Below are positions 40,031-52,900 of a stretch of 64,000 nucleotides of DNA, in pieces (positions within the stretch are counted from its first letter, which is position 1; each line of letters starts with the position of its first letter). Location: assembly GCF_040938485.1 (NCBI RefSeq), contig NW_027271910.1, positions 186,001 to 250,000 of the forward strand, given 5' to 3'. Made by a program: the position numbers and the translations under genes. Under the pieces are notes generated by a model. That model saw nothing but the letters and a program-made list of their open reading frames with translations. It was not told the DNA's origin and ran no database searches. This stretch comes from Diadema antillarum. Lineage: Eukaryota.

Positions 40031-43000
40031 CTGTTTTGCTGATTACTGGATAATAAACAGGGCATTCAGACACTTGGCAAGATTGTGAACTGAGATAGCA
40101 ATACAGTCTGTATATTTTGCATAAAATGACACGAGAAAAAGACTTTATGCCAAATGACATTTGTAGAATCACTGTCTGTTAACAAAGAAAGTGATACTAT
40201 AGACACCTTATTACGAGAATTATTTGTCGTGTTGGAATGTTCAGCTTCCAACAATCAATACACTTTCAAAACTGCTTAACCTGCAATTCTATTCATTTCA
40301 TTTTCATGGTACAATGTAATCATACCTTTAAAGGCATGATTTACCATTTGCAGATGAAATGAAAACCCAGCGTTAGTGCTTCAAAATAGTTGTAAAATGT
40401 GAGTTACGGATAGAAACAACCAATGTAAAAAGTTGAATCAGTATAATTGATGTTACATATTGCTAAATATACAAAATGTGAAAAATAGTTTAATATAATA
40501 AGAATGTTTCCAGACTAAACCGTCTACAGTTATGGTTTATTGAGAAAAACAGTGATATATTGCAAAAATTTTAAACAGTACGATGTTTTGTGACACAACT
40601 GACCTCCACATAAGCATATAATGTGATATCTTGAACATTTTTTACTGCGCATGCTCCCAAAGGTAAACAGGACCTTTAATGTTGTCTGGAATTAAAGGAT
40701 AGTGACAAATCAAACACCCATTTCATATCTTTGGCTCTTCATTGGCAAATACAGAGTTTGTGAGACAGATTCCCTCCCTCCCCCCATCATTCACAGACAA
40801 ATCAGGGGCTACAAAGATTCCCCTCTCGTACCAGCAAACACTGTGTAGGACATTTCAAAGCATTTCTAATATTGCGACATAATCTATAGAAGCATATCAC
40901 ACAGATCCATGTATGGTCTTTCTGTAAAACATGATATTATTATATGCAGCATGAAATTTTCACAAATTGGATCTAATGGCCTTTTTCACGGCATGAAATT
41001 TTTGCCACTTGCCACTGGCATTCAATGCTCATAGTGTAGACAAAAATATCGTGTGCATTTTGATTTCGCACATCGTGGCTCAAGAAATTCGTGAAATTAA
41101 AATGCATGCCAACATTCTATTCGTTTTACAGTATGTGATGAAATGAAAGAAACACTTCACTATGGATATATCGATGATGATTGCATTCCAAGAAAAAGGT
41201 CACATGACAAGAGTGAAGTGTGGTTGGAAGTCATTGATATGAGTCCACTTTAACATCACATGTATCAGTTTAGATATTGAAAGCATCGTCAAACCCGTCA
41301 AAGCTACTCCATGTGAAACAAATTGGCCTTTTTCTGAAAGATTATTACAATTATTACAGTGAAAATGTAGGAACTATGATCGGTGAACACATCTGCACAT
41401 GTGTCATCTACTTTCTGGTGCTCTTTTCCTAATTTCTCTGCCCACACAAGGAAGACCAACGACTGCTAGGCCATTGACTATAATGACGCTCTTTATGACA
41501 TTAATTAACTGAATCAAAGGCATAGATACAAAATTACCAGAATTTTCTGTTCATTCAAATTGCGTTATGTACTGAGTATTTGAAATCTTCAGGTAAGAAA
41601 GAGTCTGCCTCATGTTGGAATCATACACAGTATCAATTCCAAGATGGCAGCTGGAGAAAACATGGATGAGTAATCAAAGCCCTCTTCTTCAAAAACAGCT
41701 GTGATATGCAGCTACGAGACATTCCCAGGGTCCCTCATATTAAGGTTGATGTCAGTTATTCAATAGGGATGCGGAAATGTACAGGTAAAGCTGCAGGTAG
41801 TGATATTGAAACATAATTGTATGACACCTTTCACAACAGATAAATCTTCGCTTTCGCAGGTATGCAGGTCCAGTCTCTAAATCATTAAACACCAGTGACA
41901 CCTTGACAGTGCTTCAAGGTTGAAAAATGTGAGCTACATGGCTCAACATGCAACCCTGGTCTCTATGATGTTGAATGAATAAAGCCACAAGAAAAAGATG
42001 GGTTGAAAATAGATACTTGGTGCTTTACAAAAAGAAAACAAAAAGTGTTCATTTTATCATCCTTGGCATTTTCCCCTGCATGATGGAAGTATTATTTGTT
42101 TACAGATCTGTTGATTGTGATGGTATAATGTAAAAACTTTGTGTGGTGGAGTGTATTTTTTTTTCATGCATTGCAACATCATCATACAAGTCAGAGGGCA
42201 AAATTTGATGATTTTCANNNNNNNNNNNNNNNNNNNNNNNNNNNNNNNNNNNNNNNNNNNNNNNNNNNNNNNNNNNNNNNNNNNNNNNNNNNNNNNNNNN
42301 NNNNNNNNNNNNNNNNNNNNNNNNNNNNNNNNNNNNNNNNNNNNNNNNNNNNNNNNNNNNNNNNNNNNNNNNNNNNNNNNNNNNNNNNNNNNNNNNNNNN
42401 NNNNNNNNNNNNNNNNNNNNNNNNNNNNNNNNNNNNNNNNNNNNNNNNNNNNNNNNNNNNNNNNNNNNNNNNNNNNNNNNNNNNNNNNNNNNNNNNNNNN
42501 NNNNNNNNNNNNNNNNNNNNNNNNNCTGTGCAGCAACTACGACAGTTACTCTATTGCGCATTACTACAAAGTAATGTACAGCAGAGTAACACTAAATGAA
42601 GCCATTGAGCTTTCAAAAGACTACGCCTTCCGAGTCATTGTATCGGAAGATATGAAAGTACTTTATCACTTATACTTCCAAAACTGCTTATTTCATAAAG
42701 TTTACATGGTCATTTGACTCACCCCTACTTCAGCGACTCAAAGACTTGAGATGATGCGTAGGCTGCAATACAATTCATTTCGCAATGTGCTTGATTAATA
42801 CTTCATGCGATCCATTACAATCATTAAACCATCTACGTGTACTACCTATCAAAAGCTGAGACATGAAAGGAACTCTTACAAGCAAATGCTCTCCAAATGA
42901 AACACAATATATTTCATGGAACCAGACAGTAGGATTACAGTTCGTTACACTGTATTCCAAAGGTTCATAACTCCTACAGTCGTAGGGTTCATTAATCTGA

Positions 43001-43643
43001 AAATGTAATAGGGTTAAAATTCGTTATTCCGAAGGTTCATTAATCTCAAAATGAAAATATGATTTGTTCAATACTCCAAAGATTAGTTAATAGTCCAAAA
43101 ACAAATCATGGTTTGTAATTCCAAAGGTTCCTTTGCACTTATCTTCTTTTCATTTTTGGATGAACAAACCTCATTTTGTTTTTGGATTAACAAATCTTTG
43201 GAATAAAGAACATATTTCATTTTTCGGATTAACAAACATTCAGAATACCAAACCTCATTTCATGCTCAGATTATTGAACCTTAGATCATTTTCACAAAAA
43301 TCAATGTCTGGAAAAACACCACAAATGTTCGGATTAACGAACCCTTTTCCATTTTCAGATTGACAAACCCTATTCTTCATTTTAGGATTAAGAAACATCT
43401 ATGTATATTTATGGTAAATTTGTGTGTTTCGGAGTAACGAATCTTCAAAATAGTGATTATCTCATTTTTTGGATGAATGAACCTTCAGAATAGCGAACAT
43501 CACCTTACAGCTGTATGGCTTTTGCCAATTGGGACACTTGGGGATAAAATCCTCTCGCAATAATGAAAGTTCTTTGTATCTCTGTTTGTTACATTGTGGT
43601 TCATCTGTATGTGTGCAAGTGTACATAGAAACATACTGTCAAT

Positions 43644-44019
43644 CAGGGCTCGACATTCATCTTCTTGGGTGGCCCATTTGGGTCCCTTGAATCTTTGAAT
43701 CAGAAATTTTGGTGGCCCGTTTAATTGGGCCACTTGAATCTTTGAATCTCAAATTTTGGTCACCCATTTAAATGGGACACTTGAGTCTTTGAATCTGAAA
43801 TTTTGGAGGCCTGTTTAATTGGGCCACTTGAGTCTTTGAATCCGAAAATTTGGTGGCCCAAAAAAGAAATGTAGTACATGTAACCCAAAATAAACAGAAG
43901 CATAACAATCGATTTTGAATCTTAGCTGCCCAATTGGGCCATCAAAAGATAGATTTGGTGGCCCAAAACCAATTTTCAGTGGCCCTAAGCCACCAGGCCG
44001 CTCTTTATGTTGAGTGATG
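43644..44019. mobile_element. hAT-like MITE with four 47-bp palindromic tandem units
   Basis: Left end cagggctcgaca, degenerate right end atgttgagtgatg; unit starts at 43686, 43733, 43780, 43827. Confidence 0.65.
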
Positions 44020-44243
44020 TATTACAAGCACATCCACACAATCCCCACTTCGAATATATTATACATACACATATAGCATAAGAAACAACAGGCAAGGAAT
44101 ATGCCTATGTGTTTGAAATATAACATTTATATAACATGTTTTATTTTTTTTCTTCAGTGTAGCTTTGGAAGCCGTCTGATTAAACTTCTCTGGCATGTCA
44201 ATACCATACAAAGGCTTCTCAGACCAGTCATTCACATCTAAAG

Positions 44244-44581
44244 GCCACTGCACACTATACAACTTTGCCACGATTTACTGGTCATACGACCTTAAGACCG
44301 GAGGTGTAACATCACCAGTCTTGCCAGTTTCCAGTCGTGTGACTGGGTTGCAGAGCCAGTTGTAGAGATATGACATGTCAAATCTTTACAACCATTCATA
44401 GACTTTCAGCCAATCACAGTACAGTATACACTTGTATGTACTGATGCTAATGCAGTTGTGATCCCAACTGTGTAGTCTGATCGCATAGTGTGTAGTGTCG
44501 AGTTGTGCGACCGGTCATGGTGCCCGGTTTGCCTCAAGATTCGTGCAACTGGTTTGATCATAATTATAGTGTGCAGCAGGC
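44244..44581. mobile_element. Harbinger-like MITE
   Basis: Imperfect TIR ggccactgcacactata / tatagtgtgcagcaggc. Confidence 0.55.
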
Positions 44582-45515
44582 TTTTAGAGACCACTGACCT
44601 TTGGAAAAAAGAAAAGTCATAAGCAGAGAGAAAAGATAAGTGCTCATGACAGTGACTGTCATATGTATCAAAATTAATCTTTTTATGAAAGCTATAGACT
44701 GAGAGAATTTTGATGCTCTTTAAACTGTAAATTGTATTTGTCCAAATGATGCTGTCTTTGATCTTGGAAAAGATTCAATAGAACATCATGAAATTCCCTC
44801 ATGTCCACACAATGCAAACTTACTCTACCCTGCAACAAAATTGATTTAGGAATGAAGGCAAGCAACATGCATAATATACAATTATGTTCAAAAAGTGGAA
44901 CCTATTCCGTTTACTGCTACATATTCATGGATCCCCTCCCCCCAAAGATTCTGAATTACTATTCACGTCATAATTTTTCTTCATATTCAATAATCTTTAT
45001 ATAATAAAGAAATAAATAGACATATTTTGGTAATTTTAGAAATACAGGAGAGGAAGCTCCCGTTACAACAAACATGGTTAAAATGAAATTTCATTATAAC
45101 TAAAATCTTGTCATAATGAAGGAAAAATAATGTTTGATAAGCATAATCATTAAAGTCTATGATGTAAAATTTCGTTTGGTTATGTTGAAATTTCCATATT
45201 ATGTGGGGGGGGGGGGGAACCTGCTGATCCCAAGGACTTCATTTTAACAAGAGTCGCCTGTATCAGCAATACCTTGTTTGTAAAGCTCTCCAGTTTCCCA
45301 AACTTAGACTCTCTACATTGTCGATTCTCAACTACCTGTGTAATGATACTTGTATTTTCACTAGACCAGTTCTATGAGTGTGGGGAGGATATGATTCACG
45401 TTTACAACTGGACTTTACAATACTGATTGGATTTCTGCACATATAATACTTAACTTTTCTGGGACAAATGTTGGGCTACAATTGTACAACTGACCATTTG
45501 ACAAAAAGTACATCT

Positions 45516-46290
45516 GGGCAATTCCGCGGTTAGTAACGTTACATTTGAACAAATTTAGATATTTTTTTTTACTACTAAATTACCATTTATTCATTTCAAG
45601 CCAAAATTATGTCAAAAACATGTTCATCATTCCCGGGTTTATGAAACAGAAAAGAATGAATACAATCCAAGAAATAATAGCATTGCTATGGCAACTTAAA
45701 GGGCTGGTTAGTAACGTTACGAAAAAAGGACATGACAAAAAAATCAATGTCTTGTAACGAAAAGTGTGCAAAAATTCAAGTTACTTCAAACAAAGTGTTG
45801 CATTTATTTCAATTATTGCATCATGACAAATGTTCACACAATGTTTTTTAGCAGTGCGACCAATAATTTCTTAGCTAGACCCCCAAAAGCACGGTTAGTA
45901 ACGTTACGGTTAGTAACGTTACATTTGTCCGGAGTAATTCCGCAGGTCATTTCACCCTTTTGTAATTGACAAAATGTCACATGACTTCTGGAGTATTTAA
46001 ATGTATTTATCTTTTACCCTTTAGCAAAACTTTGAGGAAAAAATTTCAAAGGAACCCACTGTAATTTGCATTTAAGTGAATTTCAGCATCCCCAGTCCCA
46101 CATGTACATTTTAAATGATGGTTTTAGATCTCGCGAAATCAATCAATACGAAAGATAAAATCTACTGAATTTGAAAGACCTTAATGATTGGTGAACATCC
46201 ATGACATTAGTTGATACCTAGATTAAAGAGTAAGATAAAGAGGCACATTTCTTTTATCCATGTCATGTCCACCTAACTGCGGAATTGCCC
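45516..46290. mobile_element. 775-bp non-autonomous TIR element
   Basis: TIR gggcaattccgcggttag / ctaactgcggaattgccc, ATCT on both flanks, repeated ggttagtaacgttac motif. Confidence 0.8.
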
Positions 46291-46691
46291 ATCTGACTGG
46301 CGATCATGGAACTTACTGTGAAGCTTTGAACAGGTTAAAAAAGAGGAGATGGAGAGTCAACATTAAAGTTAATATTTCATGCAGTGAAATGTCAAATAGC
46401 TTTGTACATAGTAGCAAATAATTCTCCATCTCTTTACAGGAGTAGCAAAGGAGATTGCATATCATAGTTGGCAGAGTAAAAAGTACACATCACCAGGAGA
46501 GTTTTTTCCCTCCTTCTCTTTGGTTTCTTTCAGAGTCTGTCTATCTTCGTGACAGTCCGTCTGTCTTGTGTGTCTGTCTCCTTCTCCTAGAGTCTATTTC
46601 TCTCTCACGAACTTTCTGCATGCCACCATGCCAGGGCTGCGATTAAATCGCCACAAGACACTTTGTGTTGTTGAGTTTGGAGGGGCAGTAT

Positions 46692-46915
46692 CTATGAAAC
46701 AGCCATTATGAGTGCCATCATGAATGGGGGCAGGACGAAGTTGTCGATCTGAGCTGTGAACGCCTCCAGGAGCGAGGTGAGAGTGATCGCCCAAGTCAGG
46801 GGCAGCCAGGCACTGCTGAACGCCGGCTCCAGCCCTAGGACGGCCGACAGCAGGATGCAGGCCACCAGCTGGGACGCTATGGCTGCCAGCGTTCCCTCCA
46901 CTGTCTTCCTGGAGC
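46692..46915 (-). CDS. DOLK: DOLK last coding exon (GSRKTVEGT...[24 protein letters not shown])
   Basis: tctttaaag| acceptor; matches track ORF 46692-46943; KTxEG and IDN motifs. Confidence 0.95.
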
Positions 46916-49900
46916 CTTTAAAGAGTAGTAGCAAAGAAAACAAAAAAGAGTTGTATTCAGGTCTGCCAACAATGACACATCAATATCGGGGAGACTTTAA
47001 TGTGTGTTGCATTTATCTCCATATCCAATGATACAATGTAGTTCTCAAACGAAGAAGGCTCTTATATTCTTGTATCATGACACAAAGTGACAGTTCTCTT
47101 GCAGGGAGCCTCCTGTAGAATCGCTGAGAAAAGGCACGTCTGTGGGTTGGTTTTTTTTCAAGAAAGTATACATTTAAAAAATCTATTCCAAGACTGAAAA
47201 ATAGTCAGACAAAAATACCCAGAACAGCGCAGAAAGGAGACAAAGAGAGTGTGAAAGAGACTTGGGCGAGGTATGCACAAGTCAGGTTTGAGGATAATCA
47301 AACACAGGCTTCCTGTAGAACTTAAAGGTGAGTGAGAAAAGGAGAGAAATTTTCACAGTATCCTACAATTTGGGAGTTTTATACAGACACCAGTTAAATA
47401 CAGAAAGGGAAAGGGATGACAAAACAAGTTTTTTGACTACCATAGTCATAGTTCATCATACTGACACAATTTCATTTGTTGTTACATGGCTAAAAAAACA
47501 AGCAAACACATAAGATGCCAGCAGGTCTAGCATTCACAGTGTAGCATAGTTTGCTTTTATAGCACTCCACCAAGGTAAACTATTAAAAAAATCCTGAGAT
47601 TTGAGAATTGCAGGTCCCTCGGGTAGCACCCCCCCCCCCCCTTTTGGATTATTGGACCCTGCCATAGGGCCCAAATACCTTCAACCATTCAGCTCAGGTG
47701 AGCTAAAAAGACCAATGCATGAAATCACAGCAAGTGTAAAATCATTTAGAGAGATAATTTACCAGGCCAGTGGATAGTCCCATATGTGGATCCAACCACA
47801 GAGGCTGCTGTGTCTCCTATCCCAATGGAGAGTACACCACTATACAGAAAGAGTTTGGACTCTGTGAAAAGACAAAAATATACAAGCAAACAGTGAAATA
47901 TATGAATTCTGATTAGACAATAAACACTGAAACACCAACATAACTACAGAGTAGGTTGCCTAGATTGTCGATATTACCTTACTATGATCGGTTAAATATA
48001 TATATTCTGATTAGACAATACAGTGAAACACCATAAATAGAGAGTAGGTTGCTGGGATCGCCGATACTACCTTGTTACATCCAATTCCTGGTCGTAAATG
48101 AACTAAAAAGAAACCAACTAGATACAGTAATGAAAAATCAGGACTGCACTTTATGATATAGTTTCCCTTGAATCTACCTTATGGACATTAGTGTCAATAT
48201 TCTTTCCTACAAATCCCAAACCGTGTTGAATGTATTTATCACTCTATGATAAACTGCTCACTCTATCAAACACAACATACAGTTAGGCAGGGCTGCACAT
48301 TGGCGCCGGTCCGACGGTCAAAGACCGGCAAAAGTCACCGTCGGACCGGTAACTTTTCCGGAAATCCACAAGTTACCGGTCCGACATGACCAGTAAAAAA
48401 AAGCATTGGTGGGGTCAGTAGAAAGAAAAAGAGCAACCCCGTTCAGGGAGAAACAGAATGCAAGATATCGCACTGTTCAACAAGTTTTACGCAAGTTTTC
48501 GTTTATGTCTACCGGTGCAATTTGTACAGTAAAACATTAGTTTTGAGCACTAGCAGTCGACCAGTTATTCGCGCTCGCTTGCGCATTTGGCGCTGCTCAC
48601 GCACTGCCATGCAATGCAATACATGCAAAGCACACGATGCAAAGCATGTACAGTGTAACTGCGTTTCGTTTGCTTGCGATCGGCGGTCATGCCAGACAAG
48701 AAAATTCATTGATAGAAGCGCACGCATTTCTGGGTCATTTTACGCATGATTTTTTAACGCAAGATCGATCCGATCCCGGCTTCGCAGCAGCGTGGCAGTT
48801 ATGTAATAACTAATTTACTTGTGTCGATTTTTAGAAAAAGTAAAAAGACATTCGATATTCAGCGATATAGTAAATGGATCTGATTGCGTTTATTTTCATT
48901 TTACACAGTCATTTCACAAATGAATATTTTCATTCGTTCAGAATGGTCTCATAATGAAGATAGGCGCAAAAAGGATCACGAAATCGGCCCTTCCGTGTAC
49001 TTTTTAAGAACGCATGCACAAAATGTGAAGAGATAATACTAGGGAGAAAAAAAAAATCATGAAATCATCGCAGTCCCGCTTACATATTTGAGGTAGAAAT
49101 CGTCCCAAAAAGGATCATGAATTCCACCTGCCGCGTCGTATCTTTCAAAAGCTTACTTACGAAATGCGAAGAGATTATAGAGGAGAAAAAAACAGAAACA
49201 AATAAAGGACACATTTCGTGAGTGCATCATAGAAGATAACAGCTGAATAACAGTTCATAAAATCAACGCAATCCCGTTGAAATTTGAGAAAATAATAAGT
49301 GAAAAAAGGATCTTGAATTCAGTCCTGCATGCCGTGTTGGTTATCAAAAACGCATGCACAAATCCGACAAAATTATCGGGAGAAAATAAAAAAACCCACA
49401 TTTTTACCCTTCTGGTGCGTGCATTATACAAAATATTACATCCGAAGTTATTCATGAAATCGCCACAATCCCGCTGATATTTGAGGTAGAAATAGGCGCA
49501 AAAAGGATCGTGAATTCGGCCGTGTCGTATACCTTTTAAGAACGCATGTAAGAAATGGGAAAAGATTAGCGGGAGAAAAATAAAGGACACATTTTCACCC
49601 CTTTTGGCGCTTAAGTACCGTATCATATAGATTACAGCCGAATAGTAATTCATGAAAATTTCGCAATCCCGTTGGAATTTGAGTAAACAATAATAGGCGC
49701 AAAAAGAATCTCGAATTTGGCCCTGCATGCAGTGTATAATTTTGAAAACGCATGCACAAATGTGTAGAAATTATCGGGAGAAAAATAAAGAACCCATTTT
49801 CAACCCTTCTGGTGCATGTATCACAAAAGATTACATCCGAAATAATTAATGACATATCGCAATCCCGCTGATATTTGATGTAGAAATAGGCGCTAAAAGG

Positions 49901-52900
49901 ATCGTGAATTCGGCCGTGACATATAGGCATGTATACGCAATGCGAAGTGATTATTGGATGAAAAATACAGGACACATTTCAACCCCTTTTGGCCCGTGCA
50001 TCATAAAGATTACAGCCGAATGATAATTCATGAAATCATCCCAGTCCCGTTGAAGGTTGAGGAAACAATAGGCGCAAAGAGAATCATGATTTTTGGCCAT
50101 GTCATATATTTTTTAAGAACGCATTTACGAATGCGAAGAGTTTATCGGGGAAAATAAAGGACACATTTTCAACCCCTTTTGGCACGTGTATCATTACAGC
50201 CGAAGTAATTCATAAAATCATCGCAATCCCGCTGATATTTGAGGTAGAAATAGGCGCAAAAAGGATCGTGAATTCGGCCGTGTCGTATACCGGTACCTTT
50301 CAAGAACGCATGTACGGAATGAGAAGAGATTATGGGGAGAAAAATAAAGAACGCATTTTCAACCATTCTAGCCGGTGCGTGCATCACAAAAAGTTACATC
50401 CGAAGTAATTCATGAAATCGCCACAATTCCGCTGATATTTGAGGTAGAAATAAGCGCAAAAAGTATCATGAATTCGGCCGTGTGGAACATCTTTTAAGAA
50501 CGCACTTACGAAATTCGAAGAGTTTATCGGGAAAAAATAGAGGACACATTTTCAACCCCTTTTGGCGCGTGCATCATAAAAGATTACAGCCGAAGTAATT
50601 TATGAAATCGTCACAATCCCGCTGATATTTGAGGTAGAAATAGGCGCAAATAGTATCATGAATTCGGCCATGTGGTGCATCTTATAAGAACGCACTTACG
50701 AAATTCGAAGAGTTTATCGGGAAAAAATAAAGGACACATTTTCAACCCCTTTTGGAGCGTGTATCAGAAAATATTACAGCCGAAGTAATTTATGAAATCA
50801 TCACAATCCCGCTAATATTTGAGGTGGAAATGGGCGCAAAAAGGATTGCGAATTCGGCCCTGCATGTCGTGTACCTTTCAAGAACGCATGCACAAATGCG
50901 AATAGATTACCGGGAGAAAAATAAAGAACCCCTTGTAGCGCGTGCATCAGAAAATATCACAGCTAAAATAATTCATTAAATCGTCGCAATCCAACTGACC
51001 ATCAAGATCAGGTTACGCAGCAAGTTCGTGCGCCGATGTTTAGAAAAAGTCACAAACGCATTTGATACAATCTGATTTTGTTCATTATCAGTTTACACTG
51101 TAATTCGCAAACAAACATTCTATTTTTTCCTTTTTTTTAATTTCTTGTGCAACAAATAATGCAAGTTTTACCCAAAAAAAATATTAATCTGTAAAATGTA
51201 CATGGGTTTGGGTTGGGGGGGGGGGGGGTAAAACGTCCATAAAAAACAAGAAAATAAGTTTGCGAGTCATTTATTGTTTTTTTATGTTGTCGTTGTTGAC
51301 CGGTAAATTTTCTGTTCGGACCGGTAAAAAATGGTAAAACAGAGCATTTACCGGTCCGACAGAGACAGGTTGGACCGGCAGAAAAAATGGGTTAGTGTGC
51401 AGCCCTGAGTTAGGCCAATCTTTCTTTCTTCAGCCCTCTTTCGTATATTTCCTTTTTATGTACGAGGTGATATTGCACTATCTGAGACAAATTCCTCTCA
51501 ACAAAATATTGATAATCATAAAGTGTTATTATCTTTCTTTTTACCTAATACCCACAGTATTCTATTTTTTTTTTCTGAATGAGCTTATCAGATAAATGCA
51601 CATCTGCCAAGTGTTTGTAGGTACATCCACTATACTCATAAAATTATTCACAGAGCTGCTCTAGATAGTATACAAGCATGTATGTCAAATATACAAGTTA
51701 TAAAGTAGCCATCATGATGGGACAAGCAAACTGATATAAAAACATTCTATTCACAGACACGTAAGTAGCACCCTTTCACATAATAGTTGTTCATGCAACT
51801 TCTTAACTTCATTCCCCCCCCCCAAAAAAAAAATCCTAAGTATCTGTAACTCAAGAGAATTCAAAGAATCATACGTGCAGAATGAGAGAGAATGCAAAAA
51901 GAAGCAAGCCTTGAACTTACCAAAGAGAACTAATGTGGTATCGTTGCAGTAGTTGATGGGCTGATACAGGCCATACAAGAGGCAGAGGGGTGTAAGGATT
52001 GCCACGCCCGAGTCCTGGTCGTCGGTGAAAGGCGACAGGGCATCGTGAATGAGTTCCCCAAAGGGCTGGATGCGGAATATTCGGAGGTACTGCAGAAGAG
52101 GACAGAGAGGAGAAGTCAAGAAAATAACACCATCAGCAGTGCATGCTTCCCTTTTGAGTTATTTGACTATTCTTTTCACAATTAGTTAATGGTATATATT
52201 TCAATGATATGTCATAATGGTATATATATCAATGGTATAAGATAATGGCGACCGTATTTAAATATATTTCATATATTTCACCTCCTCGAAAAGAATGAGA
52301 CAGGAACACGATGAGACTCAATGGTATATCAAAATGGTATATATTTCAGTGGTATAGAATAATGGTATATATTTCAATATATTTCATATATTTCACCTCT
52401 TCGAAAAGAGTGAGACAGGAACACGATGAGACACAATGGTATATCAAAATGGTATATATATATATTTAAGTGTTATATCATATGGTATATATTTCAATGG
52501 TATATAATGATGGTATATATTTCAATATACTTCATATATTTCACCTCCTCGAAAAGAGTGAGACAGGAACACGATGAGACTGATGTCTGATCATGTACAG
52601 CATTTGCAAAACCATGAGACACTGTTTTTTTTTTTCACTTTACTTCACAATCATCTTGAAAAATATACTATTAACTTAGATTATTGAAACAACATAACTT
52701 AGGAAAAAATAATTCATTCTTACGTTCCTGACAGGAATATCATTATTCAATTAATGAATGAATCAGTACAGAAGTAGAAATACTTGTGCTAATTACAGCC
52801 ACATTCAAATATTTGCATAATTGGTGTTCTACATTTCAGTGTTTAGTTTTTGGTTTAAAGACAACATAAATCAATGAAGAATATGCATTATCACATATTC

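Noticed and set aside
7551-42717. ORFs containing long X runs (7551-7999, 21896-22283, 42057-42717)
   Set aside because: They are open only because of N gaps.
43686-43860. CRISPR-like palindromic repeats at fixed spacing
   Set aside because: Units are contiguous tandem copies with no unique spacers; eukaryotic context; no cas genes.
48955-51000. Track ORFs 49255-50979 as repeat-protein genes
   Set aside because: Translations of the 190-bp satellite with frequent stops and frame changes between units; no splice or protein-family support.
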